A stretch of DNA of 64,000 nucleotides from Chloroflexota bacterium (GCA_027593235.1 JAQCIU010000001.1:167132-231131), one strand, 5' to 3'; shown: positions 9,888 to 17,940, counted from the stretch's first letter. Translations and numbers: made by a program. Notes: generated from the letters alone by a model not told the origin.

Positions 9888-11218
9888 GTGTACGTCGTTG
9901 GAGAAAACCCCCTGACGCGACTGGTCGCGGGCCACGAGCTTGCCGAGCTCGTGCTGCGTACCGCTCAAAGTCCGATCGTGATCTGGGATACGGGTGGGCG
10001 GCCGGTCGCCTTCAATCAGTCCTTCTGCGACACCTTCGGTTATTCCCCGGAGGAAGCGCGCACGCTGACCCACTCGGCGCTGATCCACGCGGATGAGCGA
10101 GAGCTGGTGCGGGCGAGTGTCGCCGAACGGGCACCCGGCGATCACTCGCGGCGCACGTTCCGCCGCCGCCTGATCGCCCGCGACGGGCGCATCGTGCATG
10201 TCGAGGGCAGCTCCGTCGGGTTGCCGATGGGCGACCAGACCGCGTTACTGGTCGAGTACCGCGACGTCACCGCTCAGACGGTCGCCCGGCTCATGCTCGA
10301 AGAACTCGAGGCGCGCTACCAGCGGATCTTCGAGCGGGCACCGATCGCAATCTTTACGACCACGAGTGACAACCGCATCGACTTCGCCAATCCCGCCTGC
10401 CTGGAACTGCTTGGTCGCACCCCCGAGGAGCTGTCGCAGCTCACCCGATGGATCTGGTGGTCCCCGCCTACCGGCAACTGGCGGTCGCCCGACGCGAATC
10501 GCGCCCAGCTCGACGGCATGTGGTGGACGAGCCGTTCCAGGCACCGGTCACGCGCGGCGACGGCAGCGCGTTCTGGTGCGAAGTGACCACGATGGCCCGC
10601 TACGACGACGCGGGAACCTTCCTTGGCGTCGACGGCTTCGCGCGCGACGTCTCCGCCGAACGGGCGTCGCGCTTTGAGCTGGCCTCGCAGGCAGCCACGG
10701 ACGCGCTGACGGAACTCCCGAACCGGCGCCGCTTCGAGGCGTTCCTGGATGAGCACGTGAACGAGGCCCGCCGCTACCGCACGCCGCTGAGCCTGCTGAT
10801 GCTCGACCTCGATCACTTCAAGCGGGTCAACGACACGTTGGGCCACCTGGCCGGCGATGCGGTGCTGCGGGCCGTCGGCGGTGCGCTCTCCAGCATCGCC
10901 CGCGAGACCGACCTCGTCGCGCGTTACGGCGGCGAGGAGTTCGCGGTCGTCTTGCCGCAGACGGACGCGATCGGTGCTGCCGCCGCAGCGGAGCGCTGCC
11001 GCACGGCGATCGAGGTACTCGTGACCACCTGGGACGATGCACCGGTGCGGATCACCGCCAGCGTCGGCGTCGCCACCTACTCGCCGGCGCTGCACGAATC
11101 GGCAGCCGAGCTGTTCGCGGACGCCGATGGTGCCGTCTACGCGGCAAAGGCGACCGGCCGCAACCGCGTCTGCGTGGCGAACGACCTGGCGCCGGAACAG
11201 CGCCTCGCCAGCGCCTGA
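9888..11218 (+). pseudogene. PAS-PAS-GGDEF diguanylate cyclase interrupted by a 1-nt frameshift near 10447
   Basis: ORF 9888-10586 carries PAS1 and the first half of PAS2. ORF 10448-11218 (frame -1) carries the rest of PAS2 and a GGDEF domain (RETDLVARYGGEEF, with I-site RxxD). Joining them at ...ELSQLTR|MDLVVPAY... restores a normal PAS domain. Confidence 0.65.
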
Positions 11219-11347
11219 CGCCCGCCTCCCGCCCGTTCGAGGGCGAACGAACCTCCACGCCAGACGCAACACGGGCGACGCTCCGCGAAGGGAGAGCCGC
11301 CCGTTTGTGTGCGATCTCGGGGCGGGGTCGTTCCGCCCGGCTGTGCC

Positions 11348-12559
11348 CTATCCGCGCGGCAGGCCGAGCCCGCGTGTGGCGATGATGTTGCGCTGCACCT
11401 CGGAGGTGCCTGCCGCGATCGTCGCGGACACGCTGCCGACGTAGCTGCGGGTGAATTGCGCCCGCAGCGGCGCCTTGTCACGCTCCCAGAGGTTGGAGTA
11501 CAGGCCGAACGCCTTCATCCCGGTGTTCGACAAGCGCTGCACCAGCTCCGAGTTGTAGAGCTTCGAGGTGGACGCCTCGTAGTTCGGGATCATCCCCGCG
11601 TCCTGCATCGAGATGATGCGGAACGAGAAGTTGAACATCACCTCGGTCTCGACGAAGCGGTCCGCGATCTCGCCGCGCAAGGCCGGCAGTGCGGCCACGC
11701 GTGACTTCGCAGCGCCCTCGGGCGTGGCGATGTACTCCTTCAGCGAGTCCAGGTTGCGGCGTGCGTCGACGGCGCCCGTGATGTTCGACCGCTCGAAGTC
11801 CAACAGCGTCATGCCGACGTACCAGCCGCGATTCTCTTCGCCAACGCGGTTGGAGATCGGCACGCGCACGTCCTCGAAGAACGTCTCGTTGAAGCCGTGC
11901 TCCCAGCCCATGTTGATCAGCGGCTGGACCGCCACGCCCGGCGTCTCGCGGTCTAACAGCAGGAACGAGATCCCACGGTGCTTTGGCGCGTCCGGATCGG
12001 TGCGCGCGAGCAGGAAGAGCCAGTCGGCGTGGTGCGCGCCCGAGGTCCAAATCTTCTGGCCGTTCACCACGTACTCGTCGCCGTCGTGGACCGCACGGGT
12101 CTGGAGCGACGCCAGGTCGGACCCGGAGCCCGGCTCGGAGTAGCCCTGCGCCCAGATCACATCGCCGGAGAGAATGCCGGAGAGGTGCTTCTGCTTCTGT
12201 TCTTCGGTGCCGTGCACGATCAACATCGGGCCCAGCATCTGCACGCCGGAACCGCCGACGCCCGGTGCGCGCGCCTCGGCCATCTCCATCCGGTAGATGA
12301 ACTGCTCCATCGGGCTGAGCCCGGCGCCGCCGTATTCCTTTGGCCAGTGCGGGGCGATCCAGCCGCGCTCAGCAAGCGCCGACGCCCACTCCTTCGCGGC
12401 GGCGACCTTCTGCGGGTCGTCGGACTTGCGGTCCGCGTCCCAGCCCTCCTCGAGTGAGAAGTCACGAGGGCCGCTGTAACGCGCGGGGAGCTTGTTCTCG
12501 ATCAGCTCGCGCACTTCGGTGCGGAATGCTGCCTGTTCGGGGGTATCGGTCCAGTCCAT
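11348..12559 (-). CDS. Acyl-CoA dehydrogenase family protein (paralog 1)
   Basis: MDWTDTPEQAAFR ... WAQGYSEPGSGSDLASLQT ... LDFER ... AAGTSEVQRNIIATRGLGLP fits the family. ATG 12559 is chosen. The 733-aa track ORF runs into the neighbouring gene in another frame. Confidence 0.9.
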   Translation of the reverse strand: MDWTDTPEQAAFRTEVRELIENKLPARYSGPRDFSLEEGWDADRKSDDPQKVAAAKEWASALAERGWIAPHWPKEYGGAGLSPMEQFIYRMEMAEARAPGVGGSGVQMLGPMLIVHGTEEQKQKHLSGILSGDVIWAQGYSEPGSGSDLASLQTRAVHDGDEYVVNGQKIWTSGAHHADWLFLLARTDPDAPKHRGISFLLLDRETPGVAVQPLINMGWEHGFNETFFEDVRVPISNRVGEENRGWYVGMTLLDFERSNITGAVDARRNLDSLKEYIATPEGAAKSRVAALPALRGEIADRFVETEVMFNFSFRIISMQDAGMIPNYEASTSKLYNSELVQRLSNTGMKAFGLYSNLWERDKAPLRAQFTRSYVGSVSATIAAGTSEVQRNIIATRGLGLPRG

Positions 12560-12629
12560 CTGCTTCCTCCATTGGGCCGTGCGACGCGCCCCGCTTTCGC
12601 CTGGTGCGGGGCCGCGGTCGGTGACCGCC

Positions 12630-12639
12630 CGGATTCTAC
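12630..12639 (-). promoter_or_regulatory. Candidate -10 region GTAGAATCCG (TAGAAT) upstream of ACAD paralog 1
   Basis: An AT-richer patch lies about 74 nt upstream of ATG 12559. The identical 10-mer recurs at 17168-17177 upstream of another minus-strand gene. Confidence 0.3.
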
Positions 12640-12729
12640 AACGTATGCGGTTGCACCGATGTCGCCCGATAGCGCACTTCGCCCTCACGCCGCCGGCGAG
12701 GGCTGCGCGGCCGCGCGAGACCGAGGCGC

Positions 12730-13947
12730 CTATCCCCGCGGCATCCCCAGCCCGCGCGTCGCGATCACGTTGCGCTGGATCTCCGAGGTGCCAGCGCCGA
12801 TCGTCTCCGACACGGTCGCCAGGTGGTACGTCCCCCAGCGCGCGCGCTGCGGCGTCCGCGGGTCGTTCTCGTCGTAGAGCATCCCGTAGAGCCCCATCGC
12901 CTTGATCGCCGTGTTCGAGGTGCGTTGGTGCAGCTCGCTGGAGAACAGCTTCTGCTCGCTCGCCTCGGTGTTTGGGATGATGCCGCGCGCCTGCATCGTG
13001 ATGATGCGGTTGGAGAACTGCCGCGCCACCGTCGTCTCCGTCGCCCGGTCGGCGAGCTGGTCGCGGAACACGGGCTCGCGACCGAGGCGTGAGCGACCGC
13101 TGTCCGCGGCGGCCTCGTCGCGCAAGAAGTTGATCAGGTCGTTGAGCCGGTTCGCGAACCCGACCGCAGACCCGATCGACGATCGCTCGAAGTCGAGGTG
13201 GGTCGCGCCGACGTACCAGCCGCGGTTGATCTCGCCGACCGCCGAGGAGACGGGGACGCGCACGTCCTCGAAGAACACTTCGTTGAACATCGTTGCGTCG
13301 GTCATCTGCGCCAGCGGGCGGACGGAGATGCCGGGCTTGTCCATCTCGAACAGCAGGTAGCTGATGCCGCGGTGCTTCGGCGCCTCGGGGTCGGTGCGCA
13401 CGAGGGCGAAGATCATGTCGGCGGTCTTCGCGCCGGAGGTCCAGATCTTCTGCCCGTTGATCACGAAGTCGTCGCCGTCGCGCGTCGCGCGCGTCTGCAC
13501 CGAGGCGAGGTCCGAGCCGGAGCCCGGCTCCGAGTAGCCCTGGCACCACTGGATTTCGCCGCGCACCATCGGCGGCAGGAACTGCTGCTTCTGCTCCTCG
13601 GATCCGTGCACGAGGATCGTCGAACCCACGTCGTGGACGCTCATGATCGGCGCGTGCATCTCGACGAAGACCTCGCGGAGAATGAACTGCTCAACCGCCG
13701 TCATCTCCGCGCCGCCGTAGGCCTTCGGCCAGGCTGGCGCGATCCAGCCGCGGTCGTGGATCGCCTTCCGCCAAACCTTCAGCAGATCGTCGCGACGGTC
13801 TTTCGGCAGGTTGCCGCGGTGCAGTCCGCCCAGCGTGCCGGCGTACTGCTGATCCATGGCGAGCTCGGCCGGGAGCTGCCCCGCGACAAACGTGCGCACC
13901 TCCGCGCGCCAGATGGCCTGCTCGGGGGTGTCGTTGAAATCGACCAT
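12730..13947 (-). CDS. Acyl-CoA dehydrogenase family protein (paralog 2)
   Basis: MVDFNDTPEQAIWR ... WCQGYSEPGSGSDLASVQT ... LDFER ... GAGTSEIQRNVIATRGLGMP fits the family. Start is ATG 13947. Confidence 0.9.
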   Translation of the reverse strand: MVDFNDTPEQAIWRAEVRTFVAGQLPAELAMDQQYAGTLGGLHRGNLPKDRRDDLLKVWRKAIHDRGWIAPAWPKAYGGAEMTAVEQFILREVFVEMHAPIMSVHDVGSTILVHGSEEQKQQFLPPMVRGEIQWCQGYSEPGSGSDLASVQTRATRDGDDFVINGQKIWTSGAKTADMIFALVRTDPEAPKHRGISYLLFEMDKPGISVRPLAQMTDATMFNEVFFEDVRVPVSSAVGEINRGWYVGATHLDFERSSIGSAVGFANRLNDLINFLRDEAAADSGRSRLGREPVFRDQLADRATETTVARQFSNRIITMQARGIIPNTEASEQKLFSSELHQRTSNTAIKAMGLYGMLYDENDPRTPQRARWGTYHLATVSETIGAGTSEIQRNVIATRGLGMPRG

Positions 13948-14006
13948 CGCGGGGCTCCTCGGGAGCGGCGACCGCGGGTCAAGGGTTGGCGCGGCCGCGC
14001 GCCCAC

Positions 14007-14012
14007 ATTGTA
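14007..14012 (-). promoter_or_regulatory. Candidate -10 box TACAAT upstream of ACAD paralog 2
   Basis: The minus strand reads cgccTACAATgtggg, about 60 nt upstream of ATG 13947, between the regulator stop and the ACAD start. Confidence 0.3.
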
Positions 14013-14054
14013 GGCGTCGACCGCGGGCGTGATGCGACGGAGTGGCCGGGGTCG

Positions 14055-14732
14055 TTACCCGGCGGCCTGCTCGCCGACGCCCTCGCCGGCCGTCTCGGCG
14101 CGCCAAAGCTCCAGGATTGAGTGTGGGCCGCCGTCGGCCGGGTCCTGGAGGAGCTTCCACGACCCGCCGATCTCGACGCGACTCTGGTCCTTCCGGAGGA
14201 GTTCGACGCGCGCGACACGGTGGACGGTGCCGGTCATCACCTCGCCCCACTCGCGTCCCGTCTGGAGACGACGCTCCGGAGGTGTCAGCTCGGCCGTTGA
14301 GGGAAGCGCGAACAGCTCCTGGATGGAGTACCCGGTCAGCTCAGCGGCGGCGCTGTTGGCCCAGACCACGCGCCGCTCCGCGCTCACGAGCAGTACGGCG
14401 GTGCTTGCTTGCATGAGCGCGAGTTCTAGTACCTGCGGGTGGGCGACGATCTGCGTTCCCTCGGCGACCGGGATCCGGAAGCCGACCCCGCGGATCGATT
14501 CGATGACCTCGCCGGCGCCGGCATCGCGGAGCTGTTTTCGCAGGCGATATAGGGCCGTATGTGCGAAGTGAGCGTCGCCGTCCTCTTCGAATCCCCATAC
14601 CTCGCGAATCAGCGCCGAGGTCTCCACGACGCCACCGCGATTGCGGAGCAGCATCACCAGAAGGTCAAAGGGCACCCGCGACAGTTCCAACGTGCGCTCG
14701 CCGACCAGCACCTTTCGGCTGTACGTGTTCAC
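14055..14732 (-). CDS. One-component regulator: N-terminal OmpR/PhoB-type winged-helix DNA-binding domain fused to a C-terminal PAS domain (no receiver domain)
   Basis: VLVGERTLELSRVPFDLLVMLLRNRGGVVETSALIREVWG ... ALYRLRKQL ... IRGVGFRI is a Trans_reg_C pattern. It is followed by a PAS-like segment (AVLLVSAERRVVWANSAAAELTGYSIQELF). The GTG start has no SD. Confidence 0.75.
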   Translation of the reverse strand: MNTYSRKVLVGERTLELSRVPFDLLVMLLRNRGGVVETSALIREVWGFEEDGDAHFAHTALYRLRKQLRDAGAGEVIESIRGVGFRIPVAEGTQIVAHPQVLELALMQASTAVLLVSAERRVVWANSAAAELTGYSIQELFALPSTAELTPPERRLQTGREWGEVMTGTVHRVARVELLRKDQSRVEIGGSWKLLQDPADGGPHSILELWRAETAGEGVGEQAAG

Positions 14733-14756
14733 CCGGAGTGCGTCGGGGCCGAATAA

Positions 14757-14768
14757 CTACTCGTCCAT
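14757..14768 (-). other. SD-preceded 3-codon ORF (ATG GAC GAG TAG), in frame with and 24 nt upstream of the regulator GTG start
   Basis: The minus strand reads GCGGAGGActgcATGGACGAGTAGttattcggccccgacgcactccggGTG. Confidence 0.5.
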
Positions 14769-14803
14769 GCAGTCCTCCGCCTTTCGGCATTCTGGGGGGC
14801 GTA

Positions 14804-14812
14804 ATTGTGACC
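14804..14812 (+). promoter_or_regulatory. ATTGTGACC, copy 1 of an exact 9-mer direct repeat in the divergent intergenic region
   Basis: The context is gTAATTGTGACCg. The second copy is at 14939-14947. Confidence 0.3.
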
Positions 14813-14938
14813 GTGCAGCAAGAAAGGTCGATCTTCCGGGCCTTGAATGTGGGTAGCCTAACCATCGACTGCCACCGTTGCGAGCCGGAACGACGCTGCG
14901 GAGGCCAGAACCAGTCATACAACGTTTGTCGTCAGACT

Positions 14939-14947
14939 ATTGTGACC
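14939..14947 (+). promoter_or_regulatory. ATTGTGACC, copy 2 (possible TATTGT -10 box or regulator half-site)
   Basis: The context is cTATTGTGACCc, 30 nt upstream of GTG 14977. Confidence 0.3.
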
Positions 14948-14976
14948 CTGACGACGCCGCGAATCTGGGATCGGCC

Positions 14977-15354
14977 GTGAGTTCGGAGGTTCCGCTCGCT
15001 CTGGTCTTCGCGCAGCTCGATACCCCGAGCCTGCTGGTCGACGCCACCGGCCGCATCGTGCACGTGAATGTCGCGGCGGAGCAGATCTTCGCGAGGCCTC
15101 GGGACGACTTGCTCGGTTTGCCACTCGCCACGCTCTGGCGCTCCGAGGACCAGGGACGTGTGATCCACGCCGTCGAGGAGGCACGCCACTCCACGGTCGA
15201 TCGTCGGATCGTAGACGCTGTGCAGCTCATCCGTGGCGATCACGACGCACTGCTCGTTACGGTGGCGTTGACTCCGCTCCACGGCCTCGACGATCCTCGC
15301 ACGCTCTGCGAGGTACTACCGATCCTGCAGCCACCTCAGCTCCTGCAGCGCTAG
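14977..15354 (+). CDS. Stand-alone PAS domain protein
   Basis: SLLVDATGRIVHVNVAAEQIFARPRDDLLGLPLATLW ... LLVTVALTPL is a PAS pattern. The start is uncertain (GTG 14977 or TTG 14878). Confidence 0.65.
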   Translation: MSSEVPLALVFAQLDTPSLLVDATGRIVHVNVAAEQIFARPRDDLLGLPLATLWRSEDQGRVIHAVEEARHSTVDRRIVDAVQLIRGDHDALLVTVALTPLHGLDDPRTLCEVLPILQPPQLLQR

Positions 15355-16595
15355 CTTCGGATCGTGTCCTTGTACGCCGCGCCGCCCAGCATGACCACGA
15401 GGAGCCGGGCGCGATCCTGAAGGATCGCGATGTCGTCCAGCGGGTTGCCCGCGACCACCAGCAGGTCCGCGAACTTGCCGGTCTCCAGCGTGCCGACGTT
15501 CGTCTGATCGTGGATGCATTCCGACGAGGTCTTCGTTGCCGCGACGATCGCCTCCATCGGCGTCATCCCGATCTGCGTGAGGTACTCCAGCTCCTCGGCG
15601 TTTGTGCCGTGCTTGCCGACGGCGGCATCGGTCCCCATCGCGATCCGCACACCGGCCGCGTGGGCCGCGCGGGCGCTCTCGGTGTGGTCTTCCAGCACCT
15701 CTTTCGTCTTGCGCAACGACTGCGGAAGTACCGTCCCCGGCCGCTCCTCTTCCTTCTTCAGCACCCCTCGAGGTGCGTGCAGCGTCGGCACCAGGAACGT
15801 GCCGAGCGCCTTCATGAGCGCGATCGCCTCGTCGTCCAGGTAGATGCCGTGTTCGATCGATTCGACGCCGGCGAGGATGGCGTTTTTGATGCCCTGGTTC
15901 GCCTGCGCGTGCGCCATGCAGGTCTTCCCTTGCGCCGCCGCCTCCTGGACCATCACCGCGATCTCTTCGATCGTGAACTGCGTCGCGCCGGGCTCGTCCG
16001 AGGGCGAGAGCACCCCGCCGGTCGAGTGCATCTTGATGAAGTCGGCGCCCGCCCGGAGCACCGTCCGCACGACCTTGCGCACCTCCTCGACTCCGTCGCA
16101 GATGCCACTGGGGATCTCCGCCGGGTGCCCCGTCTTGCCGGCGACGAGTCCGGACGGGAGTGTCTGGTCGCCGTGGCCCCCGGTCTGCGAGAGGGCGGTG
16201 ATCGAGAGCTTCATCCGAGGTCCGGCGAAGATCCCCTGCTCGATCGCCATCCGGAACCCGACGGGCGTCCCGCTCGCGTCGCGCACCGAGGTAACGCCGG
16301 CCTCGAGGGTTTCGCGCGCGTTCAACATCGACTCGTAGCCGTGGAGCGACGGCGGCGTCAGCGCGCGCTCTTGCATGTTCGTGCCGAACTTGCCGCTGTA
16401 CATGTGCACATGCGCGTCGACCAGCCCCGGCATCACCGTCGCCCCGCCCACATCGAGGACCGTCGCCTCGCTGGGCTTCGATACGTCCGTGCCCACCTCG
16501 ACGATGCGCCCGTCGTCGCCAACCACAATCGAGGCGTTAGCGATCGGATCGGCGCCGGTCCCGTCGATCAACGTCGCTCCGGTGATGAACTGCAT
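15351..16595 (-). CDS. Amidohydrolase family protein (metal-dependent, COG1228-like)
   Basis: GGATVMPGLVDAHVHM provides the HxH motif, and the ~414-aa layout fits an amidohydrolase. Its stop overlaps the convergent PAS gene stop (CTAG). Confidence 0.85.
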   Translation of the reverse strand: MQFITGATLIDGTGADPIANASIVVGDDGRIVEVGTDVSKPSEATVLDVGGATVMPGLVDAHVHMYSGKFGTNMQERALTPPSLHGYESMLNARETLEAGVTSVRDASGTPVGFRMAIEQGIFAGPRMKLSITALSQTGGHGDQTLPSGLVAGKTGHPAEIPSGICDGVEEVRKVVRTVLRAGADFIKMHSTGGVLSPSDEPGATQFTIEEIAVMVQEAAAQGKTCMAHAQANQGIKNAILAGVESIEHGIYLDDEAIALMKALGTFLVPTLHAPRGVLKKEEERPGTVLPQSLRKTKEVLEDHTESARAAHAAGVRIAMGTDAAVGKHGTNAEELEYLTQIGMTPMEAIVAATKTSSECIHDQTNVGTLETGKFADLLVVAGNPLDDIAILQDRARLLVVMLGGAAYKDTIRS

Positions 16596-16653
16596 CGGTC
16601 AAGCTCCTCGGGTCTGCAGGCGACAGGTCGGCGGCGCAGGTCTCAGCCCGCCG

Positions 16654-17103
16654 TCAGGATGCCGCGCCGCGTCCCGCGATCTCCGCGCGGTCCATCTTCA
16701 GGACACGCTCCGCGAATCGCCATTCGCCGTTCACCCGTCGCGCGACGTCGTGATACGTGCCGATCGTGGTCACCGCGGAGCCGTCGCCATTCGTGGCGCC
16801 CAGCAGTGCGCGCGTCCGGAGTCGGAGCTCGTCCGCCTGCTCCTCCACGACCTCGATCGCACCGAACAGGTGCAGGCTCATCGAGCCGTTCTTCGCGCTG
16901 TTCGCGGCGTTGCCCGCGACGAACTGCGCCAGCTCGGCGTGGCCTCGTGATGTGATGACCGGGGTCTCGGCGTCCTGCACGAAGACCTGGAACAGGCCGT
17001 CCTCGGTGAACGTCGCCACCCACGAGGCCTGCTCGCCGTGATCGATCGCGTTCGCGTAACGCCCCATCAGGCTCGTGAGCGCCAACCGTGCCTCGGTGTC
17101 CAT
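16654..17103 (-). CDS. SnoaL-like / NTF2-fold protein
   Basis: LTSLMGRYANAIDHGEQASWVATFTEDGLF ... GTYHDVARRVNGEWRFAERV is a typical SnoaL_4 pattern. Confidence 0.65.
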   Translation of the reverse strand: MDTEARLALTSLMGRYANAIDHGEQASWVATFTEDGLFQVFVQDAETPVITSRGHAELAQFVAGNAANSAKNGSMSLHLFGAIEVVEEQADELRLRTRALLGATNGDGSAVTTIGTYHDVARRVNGEWRFAERVLKMDRAEIAGRGAAS

Positions 17104-17167
17104 CGCTTCTACCCTTCAATCGTCGCCGGGGTTCCCGACCGTTGGTGTGCCCGTACTGGTGCGGAGC

Positions 17168-17177
17168 CGGATTCTAC
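17168..17177 (-). promoter_or_regulatory. Candidate -10 region GTAGAATCCG (TAGAAT) upstream of the SnoaL-like gene
   Basis: This is the same exact 10-mer as 12630-12639, about 68 nt upstream of ATG 17103. Confidence 0.3.
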
Positions 17178-17217
17178 GCGTTACCCTGCGCCGCTTCCCT
17201 GCAGACAAGAGGCCGCT

Positions 17218-17859
17218 ATGTACATCCCACGCGCATTCGAGCTGAACGACCCGCAGGTGATCGCCGACGTGATCGAGGCCAACTCGTTCGGCCTCCTCGT
17301 CACCGCGACCGGCGCCGCGCCGGTGGCGACCCACCTGCCGTTCATGTTCGACCCCGACCGCGGCCAGTTCGGCACGCTGCTGGCGCATGTCGCGCGTGCC
17401 AACCCGCAGTGGCAGGAGTTCGCGGCGTACGAGGATGGCGGGCTCGCGCTGGCGATCTTCTCCGGTCCGCACGCCTATGTGTCGCCGACCGGCTACGGCG
17501 ACAACGGACCGACGGTGCCGTCCTGGAACTACGTCTCCGTCCACGCCTACGGCCGCCCGCGCATCCTCGACGACCCGGCCGCGGTGCGCCCGATGCTGGA
17601 GCGCCTCGTCGACACCAACGAGGCGGGCCTCGACCCGGCCTGGCAGCTCGCCAGCCAGGACGACGACTACGTCGCGAAGATGATGCGTGGCATCGTCGCC
17701 TTCGAGCTGCGGATCGAGCGGATCGAGGCGAAGGCGAAGCTCTCGCAGAACAAGCCGGAGGCGGCGCGCCTCGGTGTCGCCGCAGCCCTCGAGGGCGCCG
17801 ACCATCCGGACGTCCGCGCGGTCGGCCGGCTGATGCGGGAGGCGCCGTCGAGGGAATAG
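17218..17859 (+). CDS. PaiB-family FMN-binding negative transcriptional regulator
   Basis: MYIPRAFELNDPQVIADVIEANSFGLLVT ... THLPFMF ... AHVARANPQW fits the family. I chose ATG 17218 over the track start at 17038. Confidence 0.8.
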   Translation: MYIPRAFELNDPQVIADVIEANSFGLLVTATGAAPVATHLPFMFDPDRGQFGTLLAHVARANPQWQEFAAYEDGGLALAIFSGPHAYVSPTGYGDNGPTVPSWNYVSVHAYGRPRILDDPAAVRPMLERLVDTNEAGLDPAWQLASQDDDYVAKMMRGIVAFELRIERIEAKAKLSQNKPEAARLGVAAALEGADHPDVRAVGRLMREAPSRE

Positions 17860-17940
17860 CGCCCTCGGAGGATTCGCGTCGCAGCGTGGCTAGCGGCGCT
17901 GGCGACCGAGGTCGAAGCGATGAACGAAGGGTGAACGCTC

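Noticed and set aside
10440-10452. Programmed -1 ribosomal frameshift in the diguanylate cyclase.
   Set aside because: A -1 slip at cga|atg would give the right protein. However, there is no X-XXY-YYZ slippery heptamer (the sequence is c-tca-ccc-gat-gg) and no obvious downstream pseudoknot. A mutation or sequencing indel is more parsimonious.
11348-13549. A single 733-aa ORF suggesting a large fusion protein.
   Set aside because: Only the C-terminal 403 aa (from MDWTDTPEQ, ATG 12559) is ACAD-like. The N-terminal 330 aa is Arg-rich and overlaps the neighbouring ACAD gene in another frame. Similar 5' over-extensions were trimmed for the ORFs starting at 3199, 3267, 14250, 17038, 29778, 50563 and 60793.
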